DNA from: Calditrichaceae bacterium
GTDB taxonomy: Bacteria > Calditrichota > Calditrichia > Calditrichales > JBFXGD01
Direction of reading: 5' to 3'
Length of the DNA: 17,195 nt
Assembly (NCBI GenBank): GCA_050178385.1
Contig: JBFXGD010000065.1
Location: 1-17,195 of the forward strand
Position numbers and translations under genes: made by a program. Below, piece by piece: positions 15,699-17,195 of this stretch (positions are counted from its first letter, which is position 1; the number at the start of each line of letters is the position of its first letter). A model generated the notes under the pieces. It made no database searches. It had not been told where the DNA came from and worked only from the letters and a program-made list of their open reading frames with translations.

Positions 15699-15727
15699 AA
15701 TATAGTGAAGTGTAATTACTCAATCAA
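15699..15727 (-). promoter_or_regulatory. Candidate sigma-70 promoter for murF-like/ompA (TTGATT-17-TATATT)
   Basis: Minus strand reads TTGATT gagtaattacacttcac TATATT. The predicted TSS near 15692 lies downstream of the ORF-track start, consistent with the 15668 start. Confidence 0.55.
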
Positions 15728-15816
15728 CACTAAAGTTCCCGTAGTTTCTTTATAGAATAAACTTAATCGAAAGTAAGATCATATTAGTTTTATTTTCGGA
15801 CAGGGAAGCAAGAAAG

Positions 15817-15847
15817 TTAAAAGAAATGCGCAATACATGCGCATTTC
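15817..15847 (-). terminator. Intrinsic terminator after sufS
   Basis: Perfect 10-bp inverted repeat GAAATGCGCA-tgtat-TGCGCATTTC (15823-15847) followed by TTTTAACTTTCTT on the minus strand, 23 nt after the sufS stop. Confidence 0.75.
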
Positions 15848-15870
15848 ATGCATTTGTTCAAAATTTAACA

Positions 15871-17136
15871 CTAAAAATTAAAAAACTTCTGGGCTTTTTG
15901 TAACTGATCAACAAAATAATCAACTTCTTCGAAGGTATTATAAAAATAGAAACTGGCTCTCGTCGTGGCGGCTATATCCAGTTTACGCATAATAGGCTGT
16001 GCGCAATGATGGCCCGCCCTGACTGCTATTCCCTGTTGATCCAGGAAATGGGAAAGGTCATGAGGATGAATATTCCCCAGGTTAAACGAGATCACGCCGC
16101 CGCGTTCCGGGGTGGAACCATAAATTTTAATTCCCTCAAGTTCACCCATCTTGTCAAGAGCATAGGTTGTAATATCCTGCTCGTACATGGTTATGGCGTT
16201 CATACCGATATTTTCAAGGTATTCAACAGCGGCTGAAAAACCTATCGCGCCTGCTATATTGGGCGTCCCGGCTTCAAATTTATGCGGGATTTCATTCCAT
16301 GTGGCGTTATCCAGCCAGACTGAATTTATCATCTCTCCCCCACCCTGGTAGGGATTCATGTTTTCCAGAATCCTGGCTTTTGCATATAGCACTCCAATTC
16401 CCGTGGGACCAAGCATCTTATGCCCCGAGAACGCAAGAAAATCACAATCCAGATGTTCAACATCAATGGGCAAATGCGGAACACTCTGAGCAGCGTCCAA
16501 CATAACGGGGATGCCTCTGTCATGAGCCATGCGGATGATTTTTTTAACGGGATTTATGGTGCCAAAGACATTGGACATGTGTGTGATAGATACAATCTTC
16601 GTTTTATTTGATAATATCTTTTCAAATACGGGAAATTCCAGTGAACCGTCTTCCCTGAAGGGAATAAACCTGAGAGTGGCTCCGACATCCTTTGCCAGGA
16701 GCTGCCAGGGGATCAGGTTGCTGTGATGTTCCATTTCACTGAGTATGATTTCGTCTCCCGGGCCGATAAATTTTCTTCCCCATGCCGTGGCTACAAGATT
16801 GATGGCGTCAGTTGTTCCCTTGGTAAAAACAATCTGCTTCCCGGAATTTGCGCCGATAAATCGGGCGACAATTTTCCTTGCATTTTCATATCCCAGTGTG
16901 GCGCGCTCGCCTAGCTGATGAATAGCGCGGTGTACATTGGCGTTTTCGTGTTCATAATAATTAACAATTCTATCGATCACGCTTTTAGGTTTATGAGTCG
17001 TCGCGGCATTATCAAAATAAACCAGAGGCTTGCCGTGAATCAGCTCATTTAATATGGGGAAATCCGCTCGTATTTTATTCACGTCAAATTTTTCGGTGAT
17101 ATTCGATTTATCCTGTACGCGTCTCAAAACTTCCAT
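15871..17136 (-). CDS. sufS: Group II cysteine desulfurase
   Basis: IRADFPIL, YFDNAATTHKP, NANVHR, MEHHSNLIPWQ, PLP lysine in FSGHKMLGPTG, KFEAGTP and catalytic RAGHHCAQP. Confidence 0.95.
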   Translation of the reverse strand: MEVLRRVQDKSNITEKFDVNKIRADFPILNELIHGKPLVYFDNAATTHKPKSVIDRIVNYYEHENANVHRAIHQLGERATLGYENARKIVARFIGANSGKQIVFTKGTTDAINLVATAWGRKFIGPGDEIILSEMEHHSNLIPWQLLAKDVGATLRFIPFREDGSLEFPVFEKILSNKTKIVSITHMSNVFGTINPVKKIIRMAHDRGIPVMLDAAQSVPHLPIDVEHLDCDFLAFSGHKMLGPTGIGVLYAKARILENMNPYQGGGEMINSVWLDNATWNEIPHKFEAGTPNIAGAIGFSAAVEYLENIGMNAITMYEQDITTYALDKMGELEGIKIYGSTPERGGVISFNLGNIHPHDLSHFLDQQGIAVRAGHHCAQPIMRKLDIAATTRASFYFYNTFEEVDYFVDQLQKAQKFFNF

Positions 17137-17195
17137 GGTAATCGCCTTTAATTATTGAATTAGTTTGATGAACTCAAAATAAAATTACAAAAAAC

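Noticed and set aside
221..16914. The many short (61-137 aa) alternative ORFs in the track, e.g. 4477-4890, 5334-5645, 11198-11548, 13183-13467
   Set aside because: They are antisense or out-of-frame shadows of well-supported genes, with no recognisable motifs.
1..17195. CRISPR arrays, tRNA/rRNA, IS elements, prophage or defence genes, riboswitches
   Set aside because: I saw no regularly spaced repeats, cloverleaf or rRNA motifs, or transposase, integrase or nuclease signatures. The intergenic regions are short and AT-rich. An Rfam/Infernal scan of 8007-8356 and 12760-13074 would be needed to exclude small RNAs.

Overview
Chromosomal bacterial window, roughly 40% GC by eye, with 14 protein-coding genes and no detectable rRNA, tRNA, CRISPR array or mobile element. 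The gene content (PorV-like barrel, kinase-less PASTA protein next to rpe, sigma-54 regulation) suggests an FCB-related lineage such as Calditrichota or KSB1, which is an inference only. Left part: a 5'-truncated TPR gene converges with a tightly coupled minus-strand operon dnaE-dtd-PASTA-rpe-polyprenol/DAG kinase-PorV-like, and a stand-alone DUF1015 gene diverges from dnaE. Right part (all minus strand): sufS | truncated, motif-divergent MurF paralogue + periplasmic OmpA-domain protein with three helical repeats | aspartate-less receiver protein with a near-consensus sigma-54 promoter and probably a leaderless mRNA | TPR protein + NtrC-family sigma-54 activator with no histidine kinase in the window. 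This right-hand cluster is the best candidate for an undescribed regulatory or envelope system. Several true starts appear to be SD-led TTG codons downstream of the ORF-track starts.
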